From: Octopus bimaculoides
Lineage: Eukaryota
Length of the DNA stretch: 39,632 nucleotides
Direction: 5' to 3'
Assembly (NCBI RefSeq): GCF_001194135.2
Contig: NC_068993.1
Span: forward strand, 30,852,249-30,891,880
The position numbers were made by a program, and so were the translations under genes. The first letter of the stretch is position 1, and each line of letters begins with the position of its first letter. Positions 22,922 to 35,135 of this stretch are shown here, in pieces. The notes under the pieces were generated by a model. The model was not told where the DNA came from. It was given only the letters and a program-made list of their open reading frames with translations, and ran no database searches.

Positions 22922-24143
22922 GTAGCTGGCCCGCGCCGTCGAAAATGACGGCTAATTGCAGTATTTTCTATATAGATAAGATACAAAACCAAGTGTTTAG
23001 TGTAATAATTCTTTTATTACCAATTTTTTTTCTGAAAAATCTATCCGCAGTTAACATCCCTTGATTGCTTGTTTCCTTCAAAAGAATTTTAAAGTTTTCT
23101 TTCTTTTATGGTACGACTAAAGGCCACATAAATCTGGCCGTCACTAAATACGGGAGCTGGCAAGTAAATATCAACGTTTTAGAAGCGACGTTTCCTTGCA
23201 AACGCGCTCTCCATTGCTGAAACCAACCTAAACTCATTCGACTTAAGGTCACAAAAAGAAGTCCGTGTCTTATAGTTGATGTAAAAACTCCCTATTCAAA
23301 ATTTATTGCATAAATTTCTTAATATAAATATATGAGGCATGTATGAACTGTTAAATGTGTATCTACAATATACTTTTCAACTGCAGTCGTTTTATATTCT
23401 TGATACACTCAGGCAATAATTATTTTCTCTAACAACTTTGTATATGTATATGCTTGTGTAGATGTGAGTGATTGTAATAGTTATTTGTAACACAGCAGAT
23501 AGAATATGGATGGTAGTTCAAATTAATACACCTGTCAATGTTATCTAGTGGTTGTCTTTTGAGATGTGACATAGATCATCGCTTGTTACTGAAAGAACGT
23601 TGACTCACACAAACAAGCAGTCACATACTTCCTTTGTACACGCACGCACATACACACATATACTCATACAGAGTTGAAACGCTGGTTGATTTTTCTTTTC
23701 AGCGTTTAATATTCACCATCCCACTTCCATTGCACACACACACACACACGCGCGCAAGACATTCATATACCTCCCTTTTTTACATACACAGACATATACA
23801 GAGTTTAAACGTTGTTTGATTTTTTTCACCCCTTCCATCCTTATTTATCTATCACTCTTCCTTTCGCATTTATAAGTTGTGACGGAGAAAAGCACAACAT
23901 ATAGTAGAAGATACACGACGCTCTCTTTGCCACTTCCTCTGTCTCGTTGCTATTAATTTCTCTCACTCCCTCTCAGTCATAGCTAATACTCTCACTACTC
24001 TTTCACTGAATTCCTATCTTCTCTCATCTTCCTTCAATTATACTACTCTTTCCCCTATACCCTTCTACTCCGAGATTTTGGATAAATATGTATATATACA
24101 TACACAGATATAAAAGCAGTACGCTCATTATTATATTAGGAGA
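22922..24143 (-). mobile_element. Non-autonomous Helitron, about 1.2 kb
   Basis: The minus strand begins A^TCTCCTAATATAAT and ends with hairpin GCCGTC-ATTTTC-GACGGC, then GCGGGCCAG-CTAC^T (a CTRR variant). It sits in an AT dinucleotide with no target duplication. Confidence 0.7.
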
Positions 24144-24508
24144 TATCTTAAATACATACTATATTTTTATATAGATTTATGTAAAACGCTAGGCTAAATA
24201 AGCAAGAAAATATATAAATACGTTAAACATATATATATACAAATAATATATGGAATATTGGGCTAATTCGGCTAAAATATATTAAATGCATTAAACATAC
24301 ATTGCATATGCACATAGATATATATAAAGGAATGGGATACGCTTAATATTGAAAAAAAGGAAAATTAATAAATATTGTATAAACTGGCTTAATGTTTTAA
24401 AAAAGCGACATGGTTGGTGATTAAGTTAGAATTGGGAATGTTACCTTAATACTAACAACAACAGCAGAGTGTTGTCAGCAGCATTACGTATGTATACTTA
24501 GTGTGTAT

Positions 24509-24544
<36 letters not shown>

Positions 24545-25339
24545 GAATTCTTTATCTGTCTGTCTGTCTATCTGTTTCCTATACATTCTCAAACGGCTCG
24601 ACCAAATCAGATCAAATTCCACAAGCTAATAATATCAGACCCCATGAATGTCAACATGTAATGTTTTTACATTTCGATTGAAAGCATATAACATTGGCAC
24701 TGGTTTGATATTATATGTCAAAACTGAAAGAATAAGATCTACATTGTAATGTGATATAATATTGTTTCAGTTTTATTCTTTCACTTTTAATTCTAATGTG
24801 ATAACACCAAGACCAACTTATTTCTATTGTACTTGAAATAAATGAATAATTTCTATCCTACTTTTAACAGCATTACGCATCTGCAGCTTTCCGTCTTTAC
24901 AGCCACGACAGCGGAATGATGTGTCAGTGTATGTGTGTTGATTGATATAACGAATGGTTGGCGGTGAAACTCTTGACAAAAAACATTGAGGTAGCAGGTC
25001 CAAGATATATAAAAATACGCATTTACCATTCAATTACCATTTAACAATTATCGCAGCAGTTGCAATCTTGCAAGTTATTTACAATTAAAAATTATCAGTT
25101 CATACATGTGGTTCTATTTGGTTAATTTGATTATATTTGGTTAATTTATACTGCATACAAAAAGAAAGACATGCTACATACATACAACTGCTTACAAAAA
25201 TAAAGATTAACGTTTAATTTTTTCTATGTTCATAGTTCTTTGCTTGCAGTATTGAAGATGCCACCAAAGAAAAGATGTAATCTCTCCAGAAACAACTATA
25301 AAGCAAGGAGGATTGTAGAAATCTCAAAACAGGAGGGAA

Positions 25340-25630
25340 TGAGACATTCTGAATATCAGCAAAAGCATGCTGCAGCACATCAGATGGAGTCTCAATACAG
25401 AAAGGAGATGAGGCTTTCCAAAGATCAGCAAACGCATGCTGCAGCACATCATATAGAGTTTCAAGATAGAAGCGAGATGAGACTTTCTCAAGATCAGCAA
25501 ATGCATACTGCAGCACGTCAAATGATGTCTAAAAACAAGTGAGATGACACTTTCTCAAGATCAGGAAACGCATGCTGTAGCATGTTAGATGGAGTCTCAA
25601 TACAGAAGATATGAGACTTTCCAAAAATTT
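25340..25630 (+). repeat. 69-bp (23-codon) tandem repeat in the Helitron ORF N-terminus, about 4 copies
   Basis: CATRCTG anchor at 25366, 25435, 25504 and 25571. Translation: MRxSxxQQxHAAAHxxExQxRxE. Confidence 0.9.
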
Positions 25631-25639
25631 CCAAATGAA

Positions 25640-25930
25640 ACTAATGACATGCACTGCTCATGTGGTAAGGTAAGGTTGCCTGCACAACCAGATCCTCCTC
25701 AACCTCTTATAGATCTTCTGGAAGGCACTTCCAACCAGTCAAATAATTATCTGAACAATATCAGACAATAGAAATCTGCATTTCAAATTACATCGCTTGG
25801 TGCATCTAAGAACATGGATTTAAGCCGACGTTCAAAGTTCAAGGGCAAGCTTATCACCTCATTGGTTCCCTGTTATCCATAAATGAACAACTAAATTTCC
25901 TCCAAATTTACGTCGTGAATGATGTAGGAC
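25640..25930 (+). pseudogene. Helitron Rep (replication initiator) N-terminal fragment
   Basis: CSCGKVRLPAQPDPPQPLIDLL..YLNNIRQ*KSAFQITSLGA, then FKVQGQAYHLIGSLL..FLQIY. These match Helitron Rep motifs. One stop and frameshifts are present. Confidence 0.85.
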
Positions 25931-26313
25931 AACAAACCCGAAGGAGCTGTCAAAACTTCAGACGAAAAGTCGTATTAGGTGCAGCATCGACTGCCGCAAA
26001 AGAGAGTATATCTACTGACAGCTTTTCGGCACGTTAAAAAATCACATAAACCCCACCCCCAATTTCCCATGACTGGTTAGGGCCTGGAATACGATAAGCA
26101 GAGGCATGGCATGTCGCTTAGATGAATTAGCTCATCATTTACTTCGTAAATGTTTTGTCGTCAATGTTGCACTTTCCTGTATCAACATAACTCTAATATA
26201 TACACAAACTATGCCATTTTAATCCCGATCAACGCTGGGTATTTCTGCTAGCTTATATATGTATGTATGTATGTGTGTATGTATGTATGTATGTATGTAT
26301 GTATGTATGTATG

Positions 26314-26344
<31 letters not shown>

Positions 26345-27196
26345 GTGTATGTATGTATAAAAGATGGAGGTAGAAATAGCAGAGAAGTAAGTCTTAGTCA
26401 TTTCATTTTAAGAAGGAATTTAATAAATATGATTCCAAAATTATTTAAAGAAAATATTACCGTTTTCCATGATGAATCTCATCTAATTAAATGTGAGTAA
26501 AAATGTATAAAAGTTTCAAGTAAAACAATTTATCTTCTGTCTGGGGGTCAAGAACATGTCTGGAGATTTTTCGTTGAAGTCTTCTTTAAATATAGTTTGG
26601 TATAAAGTTCAGAGTGTTTGAGAGTAAGAGAAGGGGTGTAGTTGTCTATTGATTAAAAGAAATCTGTGTTCCTGCCAAGGGAGTGGCTAAAAACCATTTA
26701 TTGAATGGGTTTTATGTTCACTTGTGTGTGAGTGTGTGTGTGTATTGTGTTGAATATCCTTTCAATATGTTTGGAATGTGGCCAGATGTGTGTATGTATG
26801 TGTTCGTATGCTTATGCGAGTGTATGTGTGGGTATGCTTGTGCGTGTGTGTGAGTGTTTTTTTTGCGATATTTTCTGTATAGTATGTATATATATATATA
26901 TATATNNNNNNNNNNNNNNNNNNNNNNNNNNNNNNNNNNNNNNNNNNNNNNNNNNNNNNNNNNNNNNNNNNNNNNNNNNNNNNNNNNNNNNNNNNNNNNN
27001 NNNNNNNNNNNNNNNNNNNNNNNNNNNNNNNNNNNNNNNNNNNNNNNNNNNNNNNNNNNNNNNNNNNNNNNNNNNNNNNNNNNNNNNNNNNNNNNNNNNN
27101 NNNNNNNNNNNNNNNNNNNNNNNNNNNNNNNNNNNNNNNNNNNNNNNNNNNNNNNNNNNNNNNNNNNNNNNNNNNNNNNNNNNNNNNNNNNNNNNA

Positions 27197-27545
27197 TAAT
27201 ATATAAATGCACTGTAACCAATCTGCTACATAACTCTACAGCTGCATACATAGGTTCAACTAACAATTTCAAGCAACGCTATGCAGCCCACCTTCACTCT
27301 TTTAGATATGACAAACACAGCAAATCTACAACACTAGCCAACCACATTCACCACCTCAAAAACACAAATACCCAGTATACTATAAAATGGTCCATTCTGG
27401 ACTCTGGAATTCCATACCAGGGCCAGCGCTCTAATTGCAAGCTTTGCTTAAAGGAGGCGTTCCATATTTTAAAATACAATTCTCCCACTCTACTTAATCG
27501 ATATAACGAAGCACTTAGCACCTGTAATCACCGTTTTTTTTCCAT
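27197..27545 (+). pseudogene. GIY-YIG endonuclease of Penelope-like element 1 (frame still open)
   Basis: IIYKC..YIGSTNNFKQRYAAH..TTLANHIHHLK..YTIKWSIL..CKLCLKE..LLNR.NE..TCNH. Confidence 0.88.
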
Positions 27546-27595
27546 ACATTCAAATTCTATCACAGACGCAAATGCACAAATGACCACACAACGTA

Positions 27596-27957
27596 CTCCC
27601 ACAACTCCCTATAGGTAACCCCAACAAACTGGAGTTAGCATACTGGTCCCCCCCCTCTACCATATTTAAAATATGTTTAACTCTATTTTTAGAATATATC
27701 ACTACTAACTCTGTTCTCTTATTTTGCTTCCTTCCATTAATACTTTTCTTGGAAAGCCACCAACACCATCACCACTTATAGGTTCCTTCATAGCCTGACA
27801 GTGTACACAATTATAAATACTTCTCCACTTTACCTCCCACAACTCCCTACAGGTAACCCCAACCAACTCGAGTTAGCAAACTGGTTCCCCTTCTACCATC
27901 TTTAAAATAGGTTTAACTCTATTTTTAGAATATATCACTACTAACTCTGTTCTCTTA
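27596..27957. repeat. ~125-bp direct repeat (27596-27721 and 27834-27957)
   Basis: CTCCCACAACTCCCTAYAGGTAACCCC...AGAATATATCACTACTAACTCTGTTCTCTTA occurs twice, offset by 238 bp. Confidence 0.9.
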
Positions 27958-28432
27958 TATAAATGCTTCTCCACATTACCTCCCCACATTCCTTCTCTCT
28001 ACATTTCTTTACTAAACTTATACTTCCACCCCATATTCTACCTTTTGTTCCCTCTCCTTCTTGTCAGTATAACTGACCTTACGGCTGCTTACTACTACCA
28101 ACCATATTTCTCACTTGAATTACTTCTTCCCCCCCTTCCTTCCCGTCTTAAGGCTTGACCTCTTAATCCTACACACATCTCTAACTCGATTCGGACTATC
28201 CTTTGAGTAAACAACGCACAGAGTACACTGGATACGATATGATATATATCCACCTTTGCAACTACAATTATCTCCGGAAAATACTCACAAGAATTCTTTA
28301 CATGGATGTTTACTGTTGGAATGGAACTATACTCCAAGTACTTTTTCTTTATTCTTTCTTCTACATATCGCCCTCACTTCTTGCTACAAATTTCCTCTTA
28401 TAGATGTAATAATCCATTCTTCTAGTATTACC

Positions 28433-28481
28433 GTCTCCGATGAAGGGATACATTGGATTTTCCCTGAAACAGCTGTAAGAC
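28433..28481 (+). ncRNA. Minimal type I hammerhead ribozyme of the Penelope pseudo-LTR (U4C variant)
   Basis: Stem I GTCT/AGAC, core CCGATGA, stem II AGGGA/TCCCT, GAAA, palindromic ACAGCTGT stem III, predicted cleavage after TA. Confidence 0.75.
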
Positions 28482-29139
28482 TTTATACATAAAATATAAT
28501 TCTAACTTTGCCATTGAACTCTTTATCTTTTTATTTCTTTATACATACACACGCTAATACATGACCTATGTTATATTCCCCACTCATGTTGCTACAACGA
28601 CAGGGNNNNNNNNNNNNNNNNNNNNNNNNNNNNNNNNNNNNNNNNNNNNNNNNNNNNNNNNNNNNNNNNNNNNNNNNNNNNNNNNNNNNNNNNNNNNNNN
28701 NNNNNNNNNNNNNNNNNNNNNNNNNNNNNNNNNNNNNNNNNNNNNNNNNNNNNNNNNNNNNNNNNNNNNNNNNNNNNNNNNNNNNNNNNNNNNNNNNNNN
28801 NNNNNNNNNNNNNNNNNNNNNNNNNNNNNNNNNNNNNNNNNNNNNNNNNNNNNNNNNNNNNNNNNNNNNNNNNNNNNNNNNNNNNNNNNNNNNNNNNNNN
28901 NNNNNNNNNNNNNNNNNNNNNNNNNNNNNNNNNNNNNNNNNNNNNNNNNNNNNNNNNNNNNNNNNNNNNNNNNNNNNNNNNNNNNNNNNNNNNNNNNNNN
29001 NNNNNNNNNNNNNNNNNNNNNNNNNNNNNNNNNNNNNNNNNNNNNNNNNNNNNNNNNNNNNNNNNNNNNNNNNNNNNNNNNNNNNNNNNNNNNNNNNNNN
29101 NNNNNNNNNNNNNNNNNNNNNNNNNNNNNNNNNNTATAT

Positions 29140-29550
29140 ATATGGCGAATGAAAGACGGAAGATAGAACATAATTTTTTATTATTAATCACGACCATGGT
29201 TTAGACACATCTAGCAATCGATCCCTCACGGGTGGGATACTTAACAAGTGGTTCAGGAGCATCCAGCAGAGCGGATATATCTCGTCGGGTGATAAATAGA
29301 TACAACTCTTTAAAATAACAGTTCTGCAATGTATTTTCTCATATCGTCGAAAGAAAAGCAACAAAACGAAGGAAATATCTTCATTTATATAGAAGAGCAA
29401 AAATAAAATCAGAGAAGCAAAAAAGAAACGAACATGCAATACAACGAGAAAGATATTAAAAATAACTGTTAACAAATATAGATGCATAAATGCTCTTACA
29501 CAAGTTGCATGGCGCGTGCACAATCGCTCATACAAATATCCACTAAAATG
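29140..29550 (-). repeat. 3' pseudo-LTR of Penelope-like element 2
   Basis: Colinear with 32300-32704, e.g. CAGGAGCATCC, AAAATAACAGTT, AAAACGAAGGAAATA, GATGCATAAATGC, CGCTCATACAA. Confidence 0.88.
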
Positions 29551-32299
29551 TAAGCATAGACACACTTGTGGTTTGGTGCACTCGCAATCAGAAAGTGAGT
29601 TAAATATCTACTTGGTCTTTATAAGAATCTAGAGGCTAAATCTAAACTTAATTCATCCATAACTTAAAATAAATTCTGATAACAGTTACTCAAATACATT
29701 CCCACTGCATTCTTTGAAATAACATTTACATCCGTGTAGGCTCCTTAAGAGCCTTTCAGAAATTCTGTTAATGATCTTCTCATTTGTCCACAGAATAGAT
29801 AGGGATTCATCGGAGCAGAGTCGGCATCTGCTGCAAATGATATTGTATAGTTTTGCATGCTTTACTATGGACCAAGTTATGTTGTACTTAATTTTATCTT
29901 CCTGCTGTCGCCATACAAAATTGGCTCCAAAATGTTGAATGTCTCTTATCGATTCTCTTGAAGCGAGTGACAGGGTTGCAAAAACGATTCTTAAATGAAT
30001 TAGCCGTCTGCCCAATATAGAAATACGGCCTTTCTTTTGTGTGCACGGTACATTTATATACAATATTTGTTCATCAATGGTCAGTTTGATTTTTCACTGG
30101 ATGAGCATTTATCATATTTATTTGTATATATGGCAGTTCTGATTTCATTTTCCAACGTTGTTACCGTGTTAGCTATATCATAAGCATTTTTACTATTACA
30201 ATTTGGTCGTAACTGATGCTTTTCATTGCAGTTTTCAGCTCCTTTGTTGGTATTTAGATGCTATGATCACTAAATTCAGTAGGTTAGTTATTGAACTATT
30301 GTCGCATTTTATTATTGTTTACGTGGTGCATAAGCTGCTCTAAATTAGCAGAGTTAGCGTAGGATACCTTCACGGTGTGCCGATTGAAAATAGTATGACA
30401 TCGATTAGATTTAGAAAAACATTTGTCCAAAGCAGCCAAACATTTTCCACCGATCTTGGTTGAAGCATGCGAACCGAAAATTGAGTTGAACCAGAGGACA
30501 TCCTGATTTCTATATCTGTTGTTTGGCTTATTTGATCGAGTGTGTTGTACAGGATTCGAACAATTTACAGTGTTACGAACATTTGGATTATTGCCATGTG
30601 TATCTGAGTTTTTGTCGGTAGTTCATTGTCTTGACCAATCCTTCCTGACCTGTATTCTCTATCTGAGTGAGTTCTCTTACCGTGACGTTGTGATGGTGTA
30701 AAATGTGTATTACTATTGGAGGAATACAAGCATGCACAAGTGTTGTGCATGTTTGCTTCTTGTATATATTGAATTTTCTCACGGTATAGCCCTAGCTAAA
30801 AAAAGCATTATAATTTGCATGAAATTCCAAATTCTTATTATTAGCGGATAATCTAGAAATTCTAGTATAAATATTCTAAACTAATCCCCATATTATCGAG
30901 AGTGGATGGTTGGATGCTACATGTATGTACTATATATGATCATTTGGCTTATGAAATGGTTCAAATAATCCAGTTTCAAGACAGAGGATAGCGTCAAGAA
31001 AGTTTACTCTGCGAAAATCCTTTCCCATAATAATGTTTAGTCCTAATTTTAAATAAATCTAAAGAAAATTTTCCTATGCCTTTCTAGTTGTACTTTACCC
31101 AGAAAAAATAAAGCGTAATCTCTATATAGACCCCTTGTTACTTCCGGAAAGGAAAACCGGATTAATGAAAGGATATATATTCCGACTAGGTCTGTGACCT
31201 GTGCCGAGTCAGATGACCCCATTGCTATATCAAAAGCATTCTCCCTATCTAATCTACTCCATAATCTATCTTCAAAATCTACTTAAGTGACTCGTGTGAC
31301 AAGTATCATATCTATTTCGCGTCGGGACAAACCGGAATTTCTCATGCTTTAAATCAGGGCTTGATTAAGGACGATCGGGTTGCGTCATAATAGGTCTCTG
31401 TATCTAGTTGCAAACATTTACTAGTCTTACTAATTTCTAGATGCTTAAATCATCAAACTACCTCTTCGGTATCTGACCAGAGGGCTAATCTAATTTTAGA
31501 TTTAAGGACGGGTATTACCCTATCAATGGTTCTTTACTGATAATGCCTATATCAGATTTAGAGGGACAAATCAATCTAACTGAGGGGTCAATATGAAAGT
31601 TGATTTATGATACTTAAGCATAATCTAGGGACGCATGGCTCGGTTCTATAATCTATAGCTAAATCTCTAATGATTTGTAACCCTGTATTGTTAATTCTTT
31701 TTAATGTATCGTTACTAGCATGTCAATATTTCCTGTGTAATTCCTTCATAATCATAGTCGTATATAACTCAATATCAACAATATAAATGTTACTTGCTTT
31801 GTCTGTTGGTACAAGTATCTTTGAAGCTTCCTTGAAATAATCAAGTAATTTTTTGATTTTCTGCTAATGTATATTGCCCCTTCTAAGGTATTTTCTGAAC
31901 TTCACGTTCTTAACCATACTACATAATTCCTTTTCAAATCTGGTTAGGTGTTGGTTAGTCGGTGGGCTCCTTCTAGATTTGAATACTTTCCTTAGTAGGT
32001 CCCCATGTTCATGTTTGTCACTTGATTTAACCTCTCTGTCAAAAAAGAAAGCTTTCCATGGCATTCTACGTACAAATGGGTTGGTTTTCTCCAAAAGATC
32101 ACGTATATAATCCTTCCAGCTTGGTATAGGTATATCCTTTAGCGAAATATCCAGAGTTATCTTATCAATCTTCGTGGTATGCTACCTTAAAGTACCTTCC
32201 TCCCGGAAATCGTTTGTGGTTATTAGATAATAAAGCGAATGGTTTACACCTGGTAGCTTACTGGTAAAACACGGTCACTTTCAAAGTGTTCATTATGTA

Positions 32300-32704
32300 T
32301 ATGGTAAATAACAGACGGAAGATGGAATATACTAGAATTTTTATTATGAATCACAATTGTTTCGAAACATCTAGCATCGATTCCTCGCGAGTGGAACACT
32401 TAACAACTCATTCAGGAGCATCCAGTAGTGCAGATGTATCTCATCGAGTGACAATTAGATACAACTTGGTAAAATAACAGTTCCCCAATGTATCTTCTCA
32501 TTGCGTAGAAAGAAAAGCAGCAAAACGAAGGAAATAGTTTCATTTATATAGATCAAAAATAAATTACAGATACAAAAAAGAAACGGAAACGCAATACAGT
32601 GAGAAAAGTATTAAAAATGACCGTTAACAGATATGGATGCATAAATGCCCTCACCCAAGTTGTATTGCGCGTGCACACTCGCTCATACAAGCATCCGCGA
32701 AAAT
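32300..32704 (-). repeat. 5' pseudo-LTR of Penelope-like element 2
   Basis: Direct repeat of 29140-29550, roughly three-quarters identical by eye. Confidence 0.88.
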
Positions 32705-32889
32705 GTATGTATGTATGTATGTATGTATGTATGTATGTATATATATGTGTGTATGTATGTATGTATGTATGTACGTACGTACGTATGTATGTATGTATGT
32801 ATATGTGTATGTGTGTATGTATATATGTATGTATGTATGTATGTATGTGCATGTGTGTGTATTAGATATATACAACATATATATACATA

Positions 32890-33613
32890 AATTTTTCACT
32901 GGAACCAAACAGGTCTATGTTTTAGCTCTTGTACATTTTCCCATATTCTCTTCAATGATGCTTCAACATGATTTCAGAGATTACCATATGGGTGTAAAAT
33001 TCTAGTTTTGCACGGAAGGCGGTGTACTAAACCTGAAAGGGTAAAGTTTCAAATAAAAAAAAGAAGACTAAGGAAGAGATTCTACGTTACTTTCTCTTTG
33101 CTGAAGATTGCGCCTTGATTTCTTATACATTTGAGGGAATTCAGGAAACGGCCGACAGGTTTGCTGTGGCAGCTCCTGCATTTGAACTAATTATCAGCAC
33201 CAAGAAGGCTGAAGTTTTATTCCAACGAAAGCCTAGAGCAGAACATACTCAAGATTCAAAAGTGATGATTAACAACAAGCCACTCAAATGTGTCAGGTCA
33301 TTGAAATATCTTGGAAGTACAGTAAAATTTAAGAGTACTTCTGATGAAGAAATCAACGTTAGAATATCTAAGGCTACAAACGCTACTGGAAAATTTGCCC
33401 ATCGTTTGTGGGATGAGCACGATGTCAGTCTAAAAACTAAAATAAGTGTATACAAATCTTGTATTTTGAGCACACTTTTTTATGGAACAAAATCATGGAC
33501 TCCCTACTACAGACATATAAAGAAACTTGATATCTTTCACATGTGCTGTCTGCACAATATCTGCAACATAAAACCGCGAAATAAGATATCAAATGTTAAA
33601 ATCTTAGAGCTCT
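32890..33613 (+). mobile_element. RTE-clade LINE reverse transcriptase fragment (C-terminal half)
   Basis: TGTKQVYVLA (decayed GVKQGCVLAP), FLFAEDCAL (decayed LFADD), ISTKKAEV, LKYLGS, EINVRISKA and LKTKISVYKSCILSTLFYG..SWT. Confidence 0.88.
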
Positions 33614-34774
33614 CTGTCTCTATTTTCAGCGTACGTTTCATAAGGCAATCCCACCTATTTTCTTCCAGCAACTTCTGTTGTGGCTACATGGAATTTATTC
33701 TGCAGTCCCTTCTTACGTAATTCGTCTTCGTGTGCTTTTTTTAAACTTTTTCCTTCTTTTTTTTTCTGCTCTCAATACACCCTCGGTCCTAACTGTCACT
33801 AGCAAGGTTCCCTTACTTTGTGCTAGATATCTCATTAAACTCTCGAGTTGGATACGCGAGCAGTCTTCCACACTTATCAGTCCCCTTCATCCATTTGCTG
33901 TGTTCATGTATGTATAGGCGATCAGTGTCTGCACGTGGATCATGGACTCCATGCATCGTTAGAAGCTTTCTTGACATCCTGTCCATATCCTTTAGTTCCT
34001 CTTCTATCCAATTCAAGATTCCTATGCCATACCGAACTATTGCCACTGCACTCAAGTTTATTACAGAAATTATGTATCTGGTATTCAGCTTTGAATCAAT
34101 ATTTTTCTGACTTACCGCAGGTACTGTCTTTTTGTCTTTTCCTTCATGTCGTGGTGTTTGATTCTATCTGCTTTAAGTATTCCCAGGTATTTATAACTGG
34201 ATTGAGGTTGAATTGCCTTCATCATTTCACCACTTGGAAGACTTCTGTCCTGGCAAGCTTTCCTTGTTTCATCACAATCGTAGCACATTTTCAGAGTCCA
34301 GACTCTATCTGAATATCATTGGAGGAAATCTGCACAGACTGTCCAGTTGGGCCTCAGTTTTTGTGAATTGCTTCAGATCGTCCATGAAAAGTAAGCGGTT
34401 TAGTTTTCCATTACCTCTACCCACTCCAACTTTGCTTTCTGTAATATTTCACTCAATGGGACCCTTTTCAGTACAAATATCAATAGAGAAACACTGTCCC
34501 TCTGAAAGATTCCTCCTTTGGTTTTTTACCTCACCTAGAACTTGCTTCCTTGCTGTCAATTCCATTCTCCAGCATTTCATGCTATTCCATATAAGGCTTC
34601 TCATATTCTTTGCTACTACACACATTTCCATTGTTCTTGTTATCCAGCAGTGTGGTATCATATCGTATGATTTGCAAATTAACCCATGCAATGTCCAGGT
34701 TTATATGTCTTCTCTTGCAGTTCCTGATAATTAGATTATCAGTTAAGAGCTGATCCTTCGTTCCCCGGCTTCTC
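33606..34774 (-). mobile_element. R4/Dong-clade element copy C; 5'-truncated at (TAA)n, covering RT core and thumb, 3' end lost
   Basis: [26 protein letters not shown] (decayed QGD), LLFMDDLKQF, AIVRYGIGILNW, ending at WDCLMKRTLKIETE. Confidence 0.88.

Positions 34775-34843
<69 letters not shown>
34775..34843. repeat. (TTA)n microsatellite
   Basis: Direct reading of the sequence. Confidence 0.95.
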
Positions 34844-34844
<1 letters not shown>

Positions 34845-34891
34845 GGTGGCGAGCTGGCAGAATCTTTAGCGCGCTGGACGAAGTGTTTAGC
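34844..34891 (+). mobile_element. Head of a tRNA-derived SINE (family 3), cut by an assembly gap
   Basis: AGGTGGCGAGCTGGCAGAATC with an A-box-like motif. A decayed reverse copy may lie at about 18790-18890. Confidence 0.55.
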
Positions 34892-35135
34892 NNNNNNNNN
34901 NNNNNNNNNNNNNNNNNNNNNNNNNNNNNNNNNNNNNNNNNNNNNNNNNNNNNNNNNNNNNNNNNNNNNNNNNNNNNNNNNNNNNNNNNNNNNNNNNNNN
35001 NNNNNNNNNNNNNNNNNNNNNNNNNNNNNNNNNNNNNNNNNNNNNNNNNNNNNNNNNNNNNNNNNNNNNNNNNNNNNNNNNNNNNNNNNNNNNNNNNNNN
35101 NNNNNNNNNNNNNNNNNNNNNNNNNNNNNNNNNNN

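Larger units (their letters stand above)
24512..26251 (+). mobile_element. Internally deleted Helitron (Rep N-terminal remnant, no helicase); 5' end approximate
   Basis: Rep motifs at 25640-25930, a 3' hairpin CCCGATCAACGCTGGG (26224-26239) followed by CTAG (26248-26251), and a (TGTC)n-bearing 5' region. Confidence 0.78.
27197..28606 (+). mobile_element. Penelope-like element 1, 3' part (endonuclease and pseudo-LTR); 5' part lost in an assembly gap
   Basis: Open GIY-YIG frame, followed by a duplicated segment and a hammerhead motif. Confidence 0.8.
29137..32704 (-). mobile_element. Penelope-like element 2, near full length and decayed, bounded by direct pseudo-LTRs
   Basis: Minus strand shows FVRRMPWKAFFF, PSVRLICPSKSDIGIISK, DTETYY, MGSSDSAQVTDLVGIYIL and GLYRDY (decayed YRDD), then an endonuclease remnant (YNITWSIV..CRLC..E..IINR). 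~410-bp repeats at both ends. Confidence 0.88.

Noticed and set aside
26380-26500. Exon-like segment with GTAAGT and GTGAGT donors
   Set aside because: The implied intron is only 26 nt, and the peptide shows no recognisable homology.
29686-32150. Selenocysteine read-through or Naiad-type Penelope element
   Set aside because: The endonuclease is C-terminal to the RT (Naiads have it N-terminal), and disruptions include TAA/TAG stops and frameshifts, indicating decay.
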